Positions 34,001 to 50,000 of a stretch of DNA of 64,000 nucleotides are shown here, in pieces; the first letter of the stretch is position 1; each line of letters begins with the position of its first letter. The notes beneath the pieces were generated by a model. It did no database searches. It was not told the DNA's origin and saw only the letters and a list, made by a program, of their open reading frames with translations. The DNA comes from Proteromonas lacertae. Its lineage: Eukaryota. The position numbers and the translations under genes were made by a program. The DNA is taken from contig NGBS01000881.1 in NCBI GenBank assembly GCA_002245135.1, positions 1 to 64,000 on the forward strand, given 5' to 3'.

Positions 34001-37000
34001 ATAATTCTATTTAATGACAATGAAAGTGATATAAAAGAAAAACCATATAAATATATGAATGGATTTCATTCAAATAAAGATAGATCTAAGTTATCTTATT
34101 CTAAAATGCCAAAATATGATGAAAGTAAAATAATTGATGAATATAGAATATTGGAGAATGTTGATATTCGATTTGATGATAATAATTATCCATACTATTT
34201 CAAATCAAACGATATATTCTATTTTAATGATATTCCCTTATCAAAATTATACAAACAAAACATTAATGTTGATGGCTATAGTTTATATTTATTATCAAAA
34301 GAAAACAAAAATGAAATATCAATTGATTATTCATCATCTTGTTTAAATGTAAATAAATCTCCATATGTAGTAGATGTAGGTAAATTACAATCAATTAAAA
34401 TGAAATTATCAAATGATTGTTTAACTCAATTCTATAATCATTTTGAATTAAATATAAAATCTAGCAATAAAATAATAACAATTTCAATTAATGTAATTAA
34501 TACAGAAAAAGATCCAATAATGAAAATAGAACCAGAAGGAATAATTAAAGAAAACTCTTACTTATATTTATTATTTGATGATATTACTTGTGAATGTGAA
34601 TTAAAAGGTTATTCTTCAATAATGTCTATGAGAAATGTGGAGATAAATAATGAAATAAATGATACTTATAGTAAAGTAGAAATATCAATAAGTAGAATAT
34701 CAACAATAGAAGCATATTATAATACAACAGAAGAAATATGTATGAGATATTATTTCAATGGCTATGTTGAATCGAAAGATAAATGTATGGAATTTACAAT
34801 AACAATAGAACATAAATTCCAACCTACTATTCCTCCACCTCCTTTAATATCAGTTGATTTACCATCTTATCATGTTGAAGTAAATATAGAAATAAACAAA
34901 ATTATACCTGATTCAATCTATACAGTAGAAAATGTGAATAAAGAAGCAAAAGAGTTGAATTTCAAACCATCAATAAAGAATCATATAAAAATCGAAAATG
35001 CAATAACAAAGAATAAGCAAAATGATGTAAATACACTTCCATATGCTTCAGAATCAACAACTAAAGAATTCTTAGATTCAATTAAAGATATAAGAAATGA
35101 TATTATATCATTTACACCAATCTCATTCAATAAAAATGGAGAAATATGAGATACCAATTGAAAGTGGGAAGAGAATCGATTTTGGTAATAACAAATTGAA
35201 TTTACATTTTTCTTTATTTAATAATAGAAGAAGATTATTGAATGAAGAGAATGACAAATCATATTCAATGAGATTATTTGGTGATTTGAATAATGTAACA
35301 ATTGAAAATGTTGAAATTAATATTTATATGAAAGGAAATGGAAATGAAATAGTAATAAGAGAATGTGGAATATTTGGTTCATTAAATAATTCCACATTGA
35401 AGAATATAAAACTAAAATTCTTTAATAATATTCGATTTGATTGTAATGTCAATTCAACAGTGAATGGATTAATCAGTGATAAAAGTGAGAATGTGATATT
35501 TGAGAATGTTGAGATAGACTTTTATAAAGACAATATAAGAACAATGGCAATAGAAAATAAAGATTCAAATATATTTGGAATGATTGTTGGTGAAGGAAGT
35601 AATACTAGAATAATCAATTGTAATGTATTTGGTGATATAATGACAGTAATAAATAATGGAAATAATACCAAAGACAATAGTAGTATATTTGGTGGATTGA
35701 TAGGAAAATGTAATGATAATTGTGAAATAAGTAAATCTTATATCCAAGTGAATAATATTTTGTTATATCAAAGTATGACATTTGGTGGTTTAATTGGTTC
35801 ATTGAATGATGAAAGTGAGATGAAAGTAAGTAATTCATTTGTTTATATAGAAAGTGGTTTAAGAATTGGAGTGGATAAAAACCAAAAAGAGTTTGTATAT
35901 GGAAGTTTTATTGGTGATACAAACAAATGTAAAGAAGTGAATATTGACAATAGTTGGGCAATTTTCATAACAATGGGTATAGAGATAAACACAACAACAA
36001 CCAATTTTGGTGGAATGATAGGAAGAATAGGTGAAATAGACAAAGAAAATACAATAATCATAACAAATTCTTCAATGCAAATGCCAATTGGTCATAACAC
36101 ATTCATATTTAGAAAGGAAAATGATGAAATTGAAAAATCACCAAACATTGGTTTTATATTTGGAACAAATATAACCAAACTTGAATCATATAGGTTAGAT
36201 CATACAATGGCTTATGTAGAATCATGTAATCCAAATTCTAATTGTATATCTCCTCAAATGTATTATCAAGCAACTGCACAATATCCAACTTCATCAGGAA
36301 GAATATTAACTCCAACAGATAGTAATTATTGTAGTGGTTCTGGAGCATTAATAGTTAATTCAATATTTGGTAGTCTTGAAGCTCAAGGAAATAATTTCTG
36401 TAATTCTTTTGGTAAAACAACTTGTGAAGGATATAATGGAATATGTTATGATGCAACATCATATAGTCCATGTAAATTACCAAAAGAAAAAGTTGATTTG
36501 GTATTAAATAGAGATAGAATGAAATCTCCAACAAGTAGAAAATTATGTCCGAATGATTGTAATTCTAATGGAGTTTGTGTATATGGAGAATGTCGATGTT
36601 TTCCAGGTTTTACTTCATTTGATTGTAGATTAAGAACATGTCCATATGGAAGTCCAATTTCTAATCCATCAAATGAATATGAGAAAGAAAAAAGAGTGAA
36701 TTATGAATGTTCAAATCAAGGAAGATGTAATAGAGAGAATGGATTATGTGAATGTTTTAATGGATTTGAAGGAAATGCTTGTCAAAGAACAAAATGTCCA
36801 AATGAATGTTCAAATCATGGAATTTGTATGACGGTAAGTGAAGCTGAATTAAAGAAAGAGAATGATAATTATGATATAAACTACTTAAAGAAATATGAAA
36901 AATGGGATAAAGAATCAATTCAAGTATGTGTTTGTGATAAAGAATATTATGGGGTTGATTGTTCAATTCGAAAATGTCCTTATGGTTATTTAGGTGATAG

Positions 37001-37508
37001 TGAATGTGATTCTTATTCTCAAAGTGAAATAACAATTACATATAAACCACAATCATCTCAAGGAATAGGAAGTAATGATAAAATCTATGTGAAATATACA
37101 GATCCATTTGGTAGAACATGGTTTACAAAGAGTTTTAGAATAAATTCAAAAGAAGAATGGTTAGATGCTTTAGGATCATTACCTCCAGGTGTTATATCAA
37201 TAGAAGATATAACAATTGAAAATAATCAGTTAAGAATTACAATTACATTTTCAAAACATCAAACTGGAAGACAATATCCATTAGAAATAATCGGAAGTAA
37301 AGAAATGAAAGAAATTCATGAATTGAAAGATAAAAAGGATAGTAATATTCTTGACATCGAGAAAGGTGATTTGAAATATGAAATGGATTATACTCAAAGA
37401 TCTTCAGAATGTAGTAATAATGGAATTTGTGATACAAAGAGTGGAATATGTAATTGTTTTGATGGATTTAGAGGAATTGCTTGTTCGGAAGTTGATACAA
37501 CATACTAA
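25061..37508 (+). CDS. Giant secreted/surface protein (~4000 aa): putative-Ig (He_PIG) repeats, Cys-Trp hormone-receptor-like modules, jelly-roll sugar-binding-like domain, Thr-rich linker, GLUG-like repeats and C-terminal mastigoneme-type EGF repeats; several frameshifts
   Basis: Signal peptide MKLVLILGLL with a 28-nt intron (25092-25119). LPxGLxxxxxxGxISG motifs; CxxDGIWPxT...C...R-C...W modules; FGGLIG repeats; ECSNQGRCNRENGLCECFNGFEGNACQRTKCPNECSNHGIC...WDKESIQVCVCD. Confidence 0.75.
29410..32169 (+). repeat. 969-bp (323-codon) in-frame tandem repeat, about 2.85 copies, apparently identical
   Basis: Identical translated blocks; antisense shadow ORFs recur at 29609, 30578 and 31547 (period 969). 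Confidence 0.95.
32752..32841 (+). repeat. Degenerate 12-bp repeat encoding a Thr/Glu-rich mucin-like linker (TTEV)n
   Basis: PTTEVTTELTTEVTTEVTKEATTEPTTTTE. Confidence 0.8.
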
Positions 37509-38086
37509 TTAGTATAATTTTATAATATTTAGTAAATCTACATTAATCAAGATAATCATTGCTTAAATATTAAACATTATATTTTATATACTAATAATAT
37601 TAATATTATTTTTGTGTGTTTTGGATTTATTAAAATAATAATTGCTCATTAATCATCATTAAGTATGAGATATTAGTTGTTTATAAGAAAATATTAAAGA
37701 GAGAGTGATATATAAAAAAAAGAGTGAAAGAATAATCAGAATCGCTCATATCTACAATAAAGCACCACATCCCATCAGAAACTGCGAAGTTAAGATTGTA
37801 CGAGCTATAACAGTACAGTGGGGGACTCTGTGGGAAGTCATAGTAACGATTCTTGTTATTCTTTTTGCTTCTTTCTTTCTTTTTCCTTTTATTATGATGC
37901 GGAGCAGATATAGAAACAATAAAATAACACAAACAAATTGAATCAAACTCAATCGAAAATTAATTTGATAAGATTATAAAATAGAATGTACATATAAAAA
38001 GTTCCATAATATGACTATTGAATAAGTAATCAATAAAAAAAATCATAATGAAATTAATTATTTATATATTACTATTTTATTATAAT

Positions 38087-41000
38087 TTACTTCTTTTCAC
38101 CTTCATTTTCTTTCTTCATTTTCTTTATTTGAAGATATTTCAATACTCCATATACTGATAATAAAATAATAAAGAGCAATCCAAATATTACACAATATGT
38201 AACTATAATCGTTGTTTGAGAATCACCATCATCCACATTATAATCTATATGTCGATTAATAATCTTCAAATTTGTAAAATCAAGATCTTCTACTTTAGAT
38301 TTTATTTTATTTTGAAATAGGGAGTATTAATTATTGTAGATATTGTTGTTATATTATTTGGAGCAGTTTCAACGTTTAATATCCACCTAAATGTCATTTC
38401 TATTGTTATATTATCATTCTTCAATCTAAATGATTCGATTATTATATCTCTTGATGATTCACCTAAAATACTTGAAAGTGTTGTTATAATTACTCTTTGC
38501 ATTGTTGGTGTAAAATCAAATAATCTAATTTCATCTGTATTATTATTATCTTCTAATGATCTTGTCTCATTATATAATATATCTAAGGATATTGTCGTAT
38601 AAATATATGCTTGTTCAGAACTTAATGATATATTTGTTGATAAACAATCTAAATCATTTACAGGTCCCCATTCTGCAGTTATGTCATTTCCATCTACTAC
38701 TCCTAAACATTTTCTTGTCATTGTGCCATATTTATCTTTACCACAGCTTAAGGTCATTTCTTCATCCATTCTTGTCTTAGGCCATTCTTTATCACTTTCA
38801 CATTCATAATAATTGATATTTAATGTTATTATTGTTGATACAACACCTTTACTATTTCTACCATTAATTGTATGAGTTGATTTACCTATTATCAGCGCTG
38901 AACCAGAAATAATTCCTGTTGATTTTGATAATGCCAATCCATCAGGTAAAGCTGGTACAACTGAATATTCTTCAATAATACCATACACAGAAGGCATTAT
39001 TCCACTTATCGGTTGTTTATAATATATTTCATTAGGAATTGAATAGATCAAATCTTTTGGTTCAACCAATTCACATTTATCTATAATTTTACTCCATTCT
39101 GGTGTTGTTTTATCTATACATTGTCTTATATAATATCCACTATAATACACAGGACATGATATATTCACCCACATACCTGGTGAAGTTAATGGCCAATCAT
39201 CATCGTTTAAACAATATCTATCTTCTATTGATAAATAAATTGTTGTATTTGTTTTACCAGCTGGATTTGAACCAATTATTACTAATTTTAATTCTTCTAA
39301 TGTTGTACTTTCTGCAATTCCACTTAATATTCCAGTTTCCTCATCTAATAACAAACCATCAGGTAATGAATCAGTAGTAAAACTTGTAATTATTCCTGTA
39401 TAACTTGGCTTAGATGTTTCATAACTTCTACCTATATAGAATGTATAATGATCTGGTTCATATAATAAATAACTTGGTTCTGAGACTAGTGTGATGGTAA
39501 AATAAATATTAGTAGAGCCTAACCTATTTTTTGCAATGATTAAAAATGGAATTGAATAGATAATCTTATCAGATTTACCAGATATTTCGCCTGTCTTATC
39601 ATTAAAACTTATACCATCTGGTAAAGTAGGTTTAATGAAATATTCTTCTATATAATTATCTGTTGTTGGTGTAAAAGACATAGAAGTATTAATAAACCAA
39701 GTAATATCATCTAATTTACCTTCAGTTGGTTCTCCATTTACACATATGGTAATTGTTTGTGTAACATTGCCTGCCGTATTGTTCAAATATATCTCATAAT
39801 CAACACAATGAGTTACTATCGATGTTATACCAACAATTTCATAATTTGAATTAATCTCAATACCATCAGGAAGATTTGGTGTAATTTTAATATCAGCAAT
39901 GAATTGAATTGACTTTTCTTTGGGTTTTATTTCTACTGAATATCCTACAAAGGCTTGTGTCTGCAAATCATATGATAATTTAGATGGGGGTAAAATATCG
40001 CAACTCTTTTGAATAACATCATTTTCCCATATTTTATTATTTCCACATTTCTTAGATGCAACTTCTACATAACCATTTTCACAATTACCTTTACCTCGAT
40101 TTCTTAATAGTATTTCTTGTCCTTTATATACTTTAGGTAATTCATAAGTATCTTCACACCATTCATTGGAACTATAAATTAAATCTATTGAAACAGGAGA
40201 TATAACATTGTCACTATCACATTCAAGGATTTGTAAGATATAATTATTATAGAATTTGTTATTATTCTCCACATAGAATGAACCAGATATATTTGGTTGA
40301 AAATTACTATCTATATCAGCAATTAAATCAATATCGCCATCAACATTCAAATCATTTCTTCCATATAACTTGAAATGATTTATTCCTGTGGATTTGCTTA
40401 TATTATCACTATTGAATCTTATTAAATTCACTATTACTGATGGAGAATATGTTATATAGTGGAACATCATATCTACTTTACATTTGAGTGTATTAATACT
40501 CACATTACTATCATTATCATCATTATCATCATCAGGATTAATTCTTAATATTGGTACTAATTCATGATATACATATTCATTTTTATCATTTGATAAATCA
40601 GCTACATTAATAATCATATCAAATATTAATATTTCTGTTGTTCTTTCTTGTGATTTGTGTAATTCTACTGCTATTATATTCTGATTATTGTTCAAATATT
40701 GATTATTAAGATAAATATCATGTTTTGATAAATCTGATTTACTTTCAGCAAAATCTGTATAATGCCAGTAACCACTATCTATCATATTATATCTATATAT
40801 TAATCTTCCATTCAAATAAACTACAACACCATCATCACAATACAATCTTATATACAATCCACCAATCTTATCTTTATCATTTATTGTAAATGATTTTCTA
40901 AAGTAACTTGTTATTTGAGAATTTGTAAAGTATGGTGATTTTTGTTTTATCCATGTACTACTACCATCATTTACTTTCTTCATCCATGAACTATCAGCAG

Positions 41001-44000
41001 TTGCAATATCACTAGTTGAATATTCCCATTCTTCAAATCGATGTAATACTGATGGTGATATTATTATAGTATTTTTTGATTTTATTGAATAAGTTCCATA
41101 TACTGATAAAGAATCATATGAATTAAATAATTGTACATATGATTTCATATTCCAGACATTATTACTATCAGATAGTGTAATAATTTTACTCATTATTAAC
41201 TTATACTTCTTATTTATATCAAAACAAATAACGGGTAAACTATCAACCACATTATCATATAACAATGTATTATCATTATTTTCCACAATTTTAAACAATT
41301 CAGATTGTGATATATGGCTATATATTTCTATTTGTTCTTTAGTAACTGAATCTGAACATTTATTGCATTTGGACATATCAATATTTGAATCCCATTCACC
41401 ACTGTTTGTTAAATCATTAAATCTACATTCCCTTGTCAATAACCCACTTCTTGCTATTAATAAATCTGAACATGGAATATATGCTTTCTTACCAACTATA
41501 GTTTCATTCCATATCTCATCTTTTGCACATTTTATACTATTGAAACTATATTGTATATTAAATCCAGCAATTGTTAATGATTTTTCATTTTCACATTTTA
41601 TAAATGTTATATTCAATTTCTTTGACAGTATTAATGTAGGCATATTAATATTATGATTCATCCTTTCATCAATATAATACTTTTGAGATTCAAATAACAA
41701 TTTATCTTCTGCTTCTTCTTTGTCAGTTATTTGTATGTGACAATAACCAGCTATTGTTGGACCTGATATAATTTCTAAAGTGTTAAAATATTGTGAATTT
41801 GGATATTCTAACATAAAACTAAATGGAAATGATTCAACTAAGTGATATGTTTCTTCATTATTATCGCTAAAATCATCATTTATAAGTGTATAAGACGGTA
41901 TAATACTCAGTTCATTATTATCATCACTTTTAAAGATAACTTCTAATCCAAATTGAATATAATCTGATATTTTTGATTCCTTATGAAATTCAATTGCTAT
42001 AGTATTCTGATTTTGGAATATTAAATTTGGATTTATTGAGAATATTTTATTCTCTGATGGATAACTATCTGTTGATGATAATGTATCATATTTTACAGTT
42101 GAAGGATCAACACCATAAGAACCAACTAATTCACCATTGAAATATATTATATAACCACCAATTGATAATACACTAAACTGCAAACTCTTTATTCTTTTGA
42201 ATGTTAAATTAATGGTCTTTCTAAAATATATGGTAGTTTTTGTTGATGAAATGGATGATATAATACCATTACTCCATGCTGTATCTGTATAAGTAGGTTT
42301 ATACCAATTTGAATCACTTGATAAATCGACTGTATCAATATACTTCCATGTTGAACTTACACTTTCTATTGGTATTTTGATATGATGAACTTTTGAAGAT
42401 CCTTTTGATAATGAACCTCTAAACAATACAAAACCACTTAATGTTTGTAGTTCTATATAACTACCATCACTCCAACCATTATTTCCACTATCTTTTAACT
42501 CTACAGTTTTATCACTTGTAGATGAAGAAACACATATACTTCTCTTTACTACTTTATCATAATCATTTGCTACTGATTTTATTTCCATTGAATCAATTAT
42601 TACACTTTCTTCTTCAGATTTTATTCCATTATATTTTATAACATAAATATATTTTTCTGATGATGAACATGTTTTACATTCTGTAGACTGTATTACATCC
42701 CATGTTGAAACAGACGAAGCTGATTTACAGTCTCTATATTGATTATTCTCTCTATCTTTAAATCCAATTATACAAGACAAAGTTGCTTTAGAATCTACTG
42801 GAGTTGTAGGCCAATAATTCTCATAAATACATGCATTATCAGTAGTAAATACAATCAATGATATTAATGAAATCGAAACTTTGTCATCTTTACAATTATA
42901 AAACGCAAATCTAAACATATTACTATATATCGGAGTATCAATAAAATAACTAACTTCCTTTGATGATGTATATTTAAAACTTGTCACTCTATGTACAACT
43001 GTATATTGATTATTCTCACTATCATATGCTTCAACTTCCCAATCTGTTGGGTAATGATTCTCATCATTGCCTAATATAAGAGTATAATAATTAATTGGTT
43101 CTAATATGGTTGAATAGAATGTATATAATATTGGAATTTGACATGAATATTCATATATTCTACTTTGAGTTATATATGGATTGAATAGAGCAGATTGTTG
43201 ACTTGTTCCTGTCAAACTTCGAATTGATTTAGATGGTCCATAAACAAAGTCTATTATATAATCAAATCCTGTGTATTGTGAACCACTACTTACTTTATGA
43301 TATTCAACTGCAATTACATTTTTATTATTTTTATGTAAATATGTTAATGGTATTGAAAATGATAATGTAAATGGGAATGTTGATGTGGTTGATTCTGTAG
43401 CTGCAGTTGAACTAATTACTCCATTTGCAGGTAAATTTTCTCTTTTCAATTCTTTTCCATTTACATAAAATATAAACCCTTCATTATAATATACTTCTAT
43501 TATTACATTGTACAAATTATCGAAGTTCTCAATATCAAATTTGTATCTAAAATAAGTCGTAACTTCAGAGTTTAAACAATTTGGGAAATGACAATTTGAC
43601 CAACTATTATCATCATAATTCAAATCAATCCAATTGTTATTAGATGGATCAGTTATATAATATTTCATATCTTGATTTAATCCAACAAATGGTGTTTTAA
43701 ATTCCACAGTTTGTTTTTCATTCATTTGTAATTCGAAGAGTGAAGATATGAATGGAAAATCACCAACTGTTGTTAATTTCACAGTAATATTTTGTTTTAT
43801 ACTTGAAGTAAATGAAACTTTTATATTTTTATTAATTGGGAAACAAATTTCTTGAATAATTGTATTAGATTCTTTTTCTACGTTATTCAATAGATTTTCA
43901 ATATTATTATAATTATTTTCATTCATATTTAATGTCAATTTACTACAATCACTTGTACAAGGTAACTAAATTATATAATTTAATAGTATTATCAAAATCA

Positions 44001-47000
44001 CTACACAATCTACACTTACTATAATCAATTTCACCCCATTTAATCTCATTATTATTATCATCTAAACACTTCCTTGTTTGTTCTCCTTCTCTATTGTATA
44101 AACCATAACTACATGGTAAATTAACACTACTTCCTGAAGCTGTATTATGCCAGATATTATCCTGTAAACAAATTGATTTACTTGAAACAATATTATACAT
44201 TATATCTGAAACAGAAATTTTATTACCACCACAACTGTTAATTGAGAATATCAGTGAATTTGTAAATACAGTTTGTGATAATAAAAATGTATTTTCTGAA
44301 GTTGCACTTAATGCGTAATTATTCTGAGAATCATAAACAACACCATTGACATCATATACTGTCCAACTATTGAAATTGAAATTATCACCTCTAATTGTAT
44401 AACCATATACATGTCTAGGCAAATTATTATCAAATATTGATGTTATTTCTACACTTATTCTACATGTAGTTGTATAGATTGTATCTATTCTTGAATCAGT
44501 GGCTGATGATGGATTACCAGTGGTTGTATAATAATGTAATGACTCAGATTCATCCAATAGTGTTTGAATATCAAATAATAAATAATCGCTATAACTATTC
44601 TTACATTTATAGTATATTATATTGATTTTGTTTTTTCCATCTAATATGTAAGTGAATGGAACATTGATATAAAAGACTTTTAGTTCATTAAAATGAGCAG
44701 CAGCATAAGTTTCAGTTGTTTCTATATTTTGATTTATTAATAAATATTGATTGATATATAATGAAAAACCTTCATAATAATATATTTCCAACAACAAATT
44801 GTGATTCTTTTGGATATCAATATCTATTATTTTAGTTAAGTATACTTTATTCTTTACTGATTTAATTGTGTCAAAAACACCTTCATTCCAGGTTGATATA
44901 TCATATGATGGATTTAACCAGTTGGCTTGATCTGGCACACTATCAGAATATTTCCATTTCACATCATTTATTGATGTTGGTAATTTGAATGTCTCTAATT
45001 TATTATTCTTACCATCATAACTTGATGTTATTATTATTAATCCTCCAATTGTCTCAAACTGTAATATTGTTCCTTCATTCCATCCTTTGTCTGTTGGCTC
45101 AGTCACATGATCAATTGTTATTAGTGCTGCCTTGTCACTTATACATAAATAATTGAACAAATTAGTCTCTGAATTATACATAGATGATGCAAATAACACA
45201 TTATCATTTTGTTTCAACACAAATCCATTCTTTATAGTTGATTCTGTTACATTAAACCAATAATATATCTTCATTTGACTATTACTGCAAATATTACATT
45301 CACTGTTATCAACACTTTCCCACTCTCCGTTTGAATTACAAGTTCTACTTTGATATCCACTTCTATTAGACAAACCTGAAAAACAACTACGATATTGTTT
45401 TGAATTAGCAACTGTACTACTCCAAATACCATCATCTTTACACGTCTTAACTGTATCTGCATATGAATAATAGATAATATCTAAATTGAGATATTTGTTT
45501 GTATAATTACTAAAAATTAAATTGAATTTATCACTTCTAAATGTGTTTTTGATTAGCAAATTACTAGTTTCTCCTGCTGGAATATAAACTGAATAAAATA
45601 TCATAATAGTTTCATTTACTCTTTCATTCTCTTTATTCACTTGAATCAATGGAATAAGAATTGGTTCTGAGTTAGTATTTTTAATTCTCACCTCTTGAAC
45701 TCTATATTCATGAATCAATTCTTCACTTATCTTGTAATTCAAATCCTCAATACTACTCTTTCGACTTTTTATTGAAATTTCTTCTTCCTTCACTATAATA
45801 TCACCATAAACTGACAATGTAAAACTAACAGCAGAATAAGTAGAAGGTCTATCTTTACCTTTGTGATATTCTACAGCAATATAATTAGTACCAACTACTA
45901 CATATTTATCTGGATTTAATTCTATATACTCTGATATTGGTAGTTGAGAAATTTTATCTGCATAAGTAGTAGAGGTTATTTCATCATTTATTACATCAAT
46001 ACTATTACTAATACTTATTGGATTTGAAGGATTTGGTGGTGATGGTGCGTTTATATCAAGTGCTTCTCTGAAATGCCGTTTTACAATCTCCTTACCATTT
46101 AAATAAATAATTACACCATCAGTATATGAATAATCAATAGCAAAATATCCTAAATTATGGATAGATTGAATATTAAATGTCTTGATGAAATAAGTTGTGA
46201 TTGAAATACCACTTGTTATTGTTAGTAAATTATTCACATTTTTCCAATTACTTAATCCTTCATTTTTGAACCAATTACTATTACTTGATATATCATCAGT
46301 AGTATATTTCCATGTTGTTATTTGTGGAACAATTGGAGTTGATAATATAAAAGTCTGTCTTGTAATATCTTTATTCAACTTTCTAAATGCCAATAACATT
46401 TCAGTATTGAATGGTGTAATAGTAAATAAAGAATTATCACTCCATCCATTACCTGATGATAATAAATCATATGTGTAAGAATTACCTGTTTTTATACACA
46501 ATGTATATGAATAATCATTCATAGTATAAATAATATTACCATTCATTGATAAAGAATAAGTCTCTTCATCTACTGAACTGTTTCCTAATTTCTGGATATA
46601 TATTCTTGTCTCATCTTGTTGACATACTTTACATTCACTAAAATCACTTGAAGTAAATGTATTTCCTTGACAAGTCACTTTCTCTGTACCTGTTCTATAT
46701 AATAATGAAGTGGAACAAGGTGATTGTAATATTGAACCAGATAATGCAGCTTCCCATTTACCTGTTGCTTGACAAGTACCGCTCATTTCAGCATTATAGA
46801 ATGATATTTCATTTATTGATATTAATGTATCTATACATTTTGTGATTGTTATTATTACATTACCATAATCACCAGGATTATCTAATATAAATTCATAATA
46901 ACCACCTTCACTTAATGCATATTGATTCTTTGTGTCTAACACAGCAATTGATCCATCATTTAATTCAGAAGTAAATTCCCATGAATTAAAGCCAGGTGAT

Positions 47001-50000
47001 GAAGAAGCAAATGATAAAGAATAGGCATTGATTGTATGAATAACTGATTGATAAAATGTGTATCTTATTTTTGATGTTGTTGAACAAGTAGTTTGATAAA
47101 ATGTATCTTTTCTTGAGTCAAATAAATATTGATAATTATCTTCATTTAATCGATTTACCAAATATCCTATAAAATATAATAATGAAATATATATATACTC
47201 TTTCCAGTATAAATTATAACATCTGCATCAAATAATCCATATACCTGAGATTGTGGCATTCCATCACATGTATAATAAGTAACTACAATATTATTGGCTG
47301 TTTTCAATTTATCCAATGGAATTCCATGAGCATAGGATTTTACACCATCGCATGTATTTGTACTATATATTGGATTGGCATTTCTATATAAGAATATGCA
47401 ATAGTATATAAATATACGTTGGATAGTTTCTTTTACCTATTTCAAAACCATTGATTTCCATTTTATAACCTCCATTTGTATAAACCACTACAATTGCTTG
47501 TCTAATAGCAGATACATCAGTCAAACTAAAACTCTTTTCCAATATCATCCCTTCAACAGTTTCAAATCTATAAAAAGGAAATGTATAACTACCTGTTGTT
47601 GAAGTTGTTGTGATTAAATGATAATTCCAAGTCTTTAAAAATGGAGACACAATCTTCGGAAATGTAATTGGATCAAATTCTTCATTATCTTTTGAAGCTT
47701 GGATAATTGGGAATTTTGAATAATCCATTATTGTAATAGAAGAACCATAATCCCATGCTGATTTTATTGAACTCAATGACAGTTGAACATTACTATATGA
47801 ACTAGCAATACAGAACGAAAGAACAGTTTTATTCTTATTTTCTAAACAATGATCATCATTATTATCATATATTACAGTATTCTCATCTTTAATGGAGAAT
47901 TTTTCATTTTTGCAATCATCTAAATTGTCAAATGATTTAGATATATAATATCTATTACCATTACCACTACATATTTCACATTTACTGTAATCAATTGCAC
48001 TCCACCCTGTTGAAGTACATTTTCTAGTTACAATTCCTTTCTGATTATAAAAGAACAATGAACATGGATATTGAGCAACGTTATCTAGAGGATGTCTATA
48101 CCAAATAGTATCTGTATTACAATCAGTTGAATTCTTACCAGCTACAAAATGTATTGCTTTTAATGAAAAGACATCTGACTTACAACTTGTAACTTTAATT
48201 GTAATTGAAGCGAATTGATATTCTTGTTGAATACTAAATCTATACTTTGAATTACTATCAAATTCATAATATTCTACATTATGTAATAAGATATCATCAC
48301 CATCAGTTGTTACACCAGTCACTATCCAACTTGTCATTGTTCCATTAGATAAATCACCAGTTAAAAATTCATAATGAGTCACTAATTCTCCATATTTGAA
48401 TTTATATTTAATCTCAGGTAATGGATCACAACTGACAGTAAATACTGTATCATCTCTGTTAAACAATATTTCAAAATTTGAAGGTGTAACATCTCCTAAA
48501 TAAGATCTTATTAAATCTTCTTCTGTTTCAGCAGAGTAAATATAGAAATCAGAAAATACTTGTCCATCATTTTGTCCTCTATTCTTCTTGTGATATTCTA
48601 TTGCTACAACATTAGTTTCACCTGGTTTAAAATGGAATGGATTTAATATATAGGTTTTAATTGTAGGAATCCAAGAAGCACTTAATGATTCTTGAGTGAA
48701 GATTGGATTTGGACCAATATTCAAGTTTTCAAGCATTATACCATTAATAAATACTAAACAACCATCTTGATAAGTAATCTCCAATATTAATGATTTTGTA
48801 TGTTCGGTTATTGTGAATGTTCCTCTTATATACGTTGTGATTGATGTACTGTATACATCATAAATATTACTTACACTCCAAGCAGCGTCAACAAATGACT
48901 GAGTTGCCCAACTCCTATCATTCAGTTTCGTATTATAAAACTTGTAGTTTCCATGATGTTCATGTTTAGATAATGGAAAAACTATTCTTTTCACAGAATC
49001 AGTTGTATCATATGTTGTTTTAAATAAAACAGTTCCACTAAAACTCTCTATTTGAATGTATGAATCAGTAGCCCAAGGTTTACCACTTTCACTTGATAAT
49101 TCTAATATCAATGGATAAGTATCTGAAATAACACAAACAGAATATTGATTTTCAAATGTCGTTAATTTATGTAAAGGAATTTCAATACCATTTTGTGTTA
49201 TTACTAAGTTTTCATCACTTTTTAAATTATGTGTTATATAATATTTAGTGCCAGAATCACATGAAGCACAACCTACGTCAATAATATCATTCCATCCACG
49301 AACTGTATAATTACAATATCTCTTTTGATAACCTTCTCTATCAATAAACCAATACTTGCACAATCGATATGCCCAATTATTATAGGGAGTTATTATCCAT
49401 CCTTTACCAGCATCACATACCTCAGTAATATCAAATGATTTTAATTCAACACCTGCGACTGATACTTGAGATGTATCAGCATCTCTTGACAATACATTCA
49501 CAGTTGTACCATATGTATTTATATTATATGCAGAGATTAAACTAACTTCACTTCCTTCATCTTCAAATACAACAGATGCAGCTCTCATAGTATATACATT
49601 AACATTTTTCATTTCTAATGATAATATAGTTTGAGCTTTTCCTGCTTTGGCTGTTAATCCATTTATATATTGTATTCCAGTTGGATATTTATAACTCCAT
49701 GTCTTTTCACGACCTGTTCCAGTATATGCAGTTGTTGGATCATAATCAAATACATATTCATTTCCAGTTGTTCCACCAAAGTTCCTTCTTGTTCCAGCTA
49801 TGTAAAATATATAATATATATGAATATATACCTTTTCCTGTTATTGCCAATGGTGAGAAATCACAATGAATATAAGCATCGCATAAAAATGTTAAATCAC
49901 TTGTTGCAAATGGATCATGTTTAATAGCTACACAATGTTGTTTATCCTTATTACTAAATACGCTAAACGGTATAGGGAATGTTTTCCATGAAGATACAGT

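Noticed and set aside
37681..37952. Three overlapping small ORFs between the two giant genes
   Set aside because: A small TM protein on + (37705-37941) is possible, but it has no ATG start and no recognisable motif, so I cannot choose a frame.
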